Origin: Xanthomonas phage Xoo-sp13
DNA length: 24,000 bases
Direction: 5' to 3' (one strand)
Sequence record: MN047793.1
The translations under genes and the position numbers were made by a program. Below are positions 23,726-24,000 of the stretch, piece by piece. The notes beneath the pieces are model-generated. The model was given only the letters and a program-made list of their open reading frames with translations, had not been told where the DNA came from and searched no databases. Each line of letters begins with the position of its first letter. Position 1 is the first letter of the stretch.

Positions 23726-24000
23726 TGATAATGATAATGACCTGTTCTATGAACAACTCTATCCGTTGTTAAAAATGATGGAGTATAATTTCGACTCAAC
23801 TAAATCAAGCGAAGTATTTTCATGTTCTAACATTGATGATTCCGTTGTAATTTGTAGGGAATATTTAGCTGGTAAATACTTATTAGATGAGCTATACATT
23901 TATATAAATGAACGCCTTGTGGCGTATTACAGTTTGTATATATGTCCTACTCCATTTTATCTGGGTCCTGTGATAGTCTCGGTAGATCATGATGAATTTA
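23703..24000 (+). CDS. Tandem paralog family member 16 (partial, runs off the window; not in the ORF track)
   Basis: MNSPIKINDNDNDLFYEQLYPLLKMMEYNFDSTKSSEVFSCSNIDDSVVICREYLAGKYLLDELYIYINERLVAYYSLYICPTPFYLGPVIVSVDHDEF...; contains the family YIYINERLV motif; overlaps the previous gene by 23 nt. Confidence 0.78.
   Translation, partial: MNSPIKINDNDNDLFYEQLYPLLKMMEYNFDSTKSSEVFSCSNIDDSVVICREYLAGKYLLDELYIYINERLVAYYSLYICPTPFYLGPVIVSVDHDEF

Noticed and set aside
18288-24000. Diversity-generating retroelement or polymorphic toxin-immunity locus
   Set aside because: No reverse transcriptase, template repeat or toxin domain is seen. An immunity-like repertoire stays only as a loose analogy.
1-24000. 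tRNA or rRNA genes, integrase, transposase
   Set aside because: Nothing convincing seen by eye; a tRNAscan or covariance search would be needed to exclude a tRNA formally.

Overview
Phage-type genome segment of about 24 kb. A left block (about 66-4098) is on the + strand. It includes a SleB-like cell wall hydrolase and small hypothetical and membrane proteins. A long block (about 4104-17600) is on the - strand. It includes a HEMQH (HExxH) zincin candidate, a secreted M23 peptidase, a T4 Rnl1-type RNA ligase, rIIB-like and rIIA-like proteins, a tRNA-His guanylyltransferase (Thg1)-like protein and many small ORFs. A mostly noncoding divergent region (about 17625-18287) carries sigma70-like promoters, six 15-bp iteron-like repeats and paired palindromes. 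From 18288 to the window edge there is an unusual + strand array of about 16 consecutive, tightly coupled, diverged paralogs of roughly 105-135 aa. They share an architecture of 'L(L)NSME-Y-Y ... EW-W-x-GDxSINIVN ... IYINERLVxxF ... FIDKWGIGV'. I do not recognise this family, and the array is the strongest candidate for an undescribed system. The early-type genes are served by a recurring TTGACA-N16/17-TATAAT promoter. One promoter is fused to a terminator. A roughly 23-bp repeat occurs three times at distant, otherwise unrelated sites.
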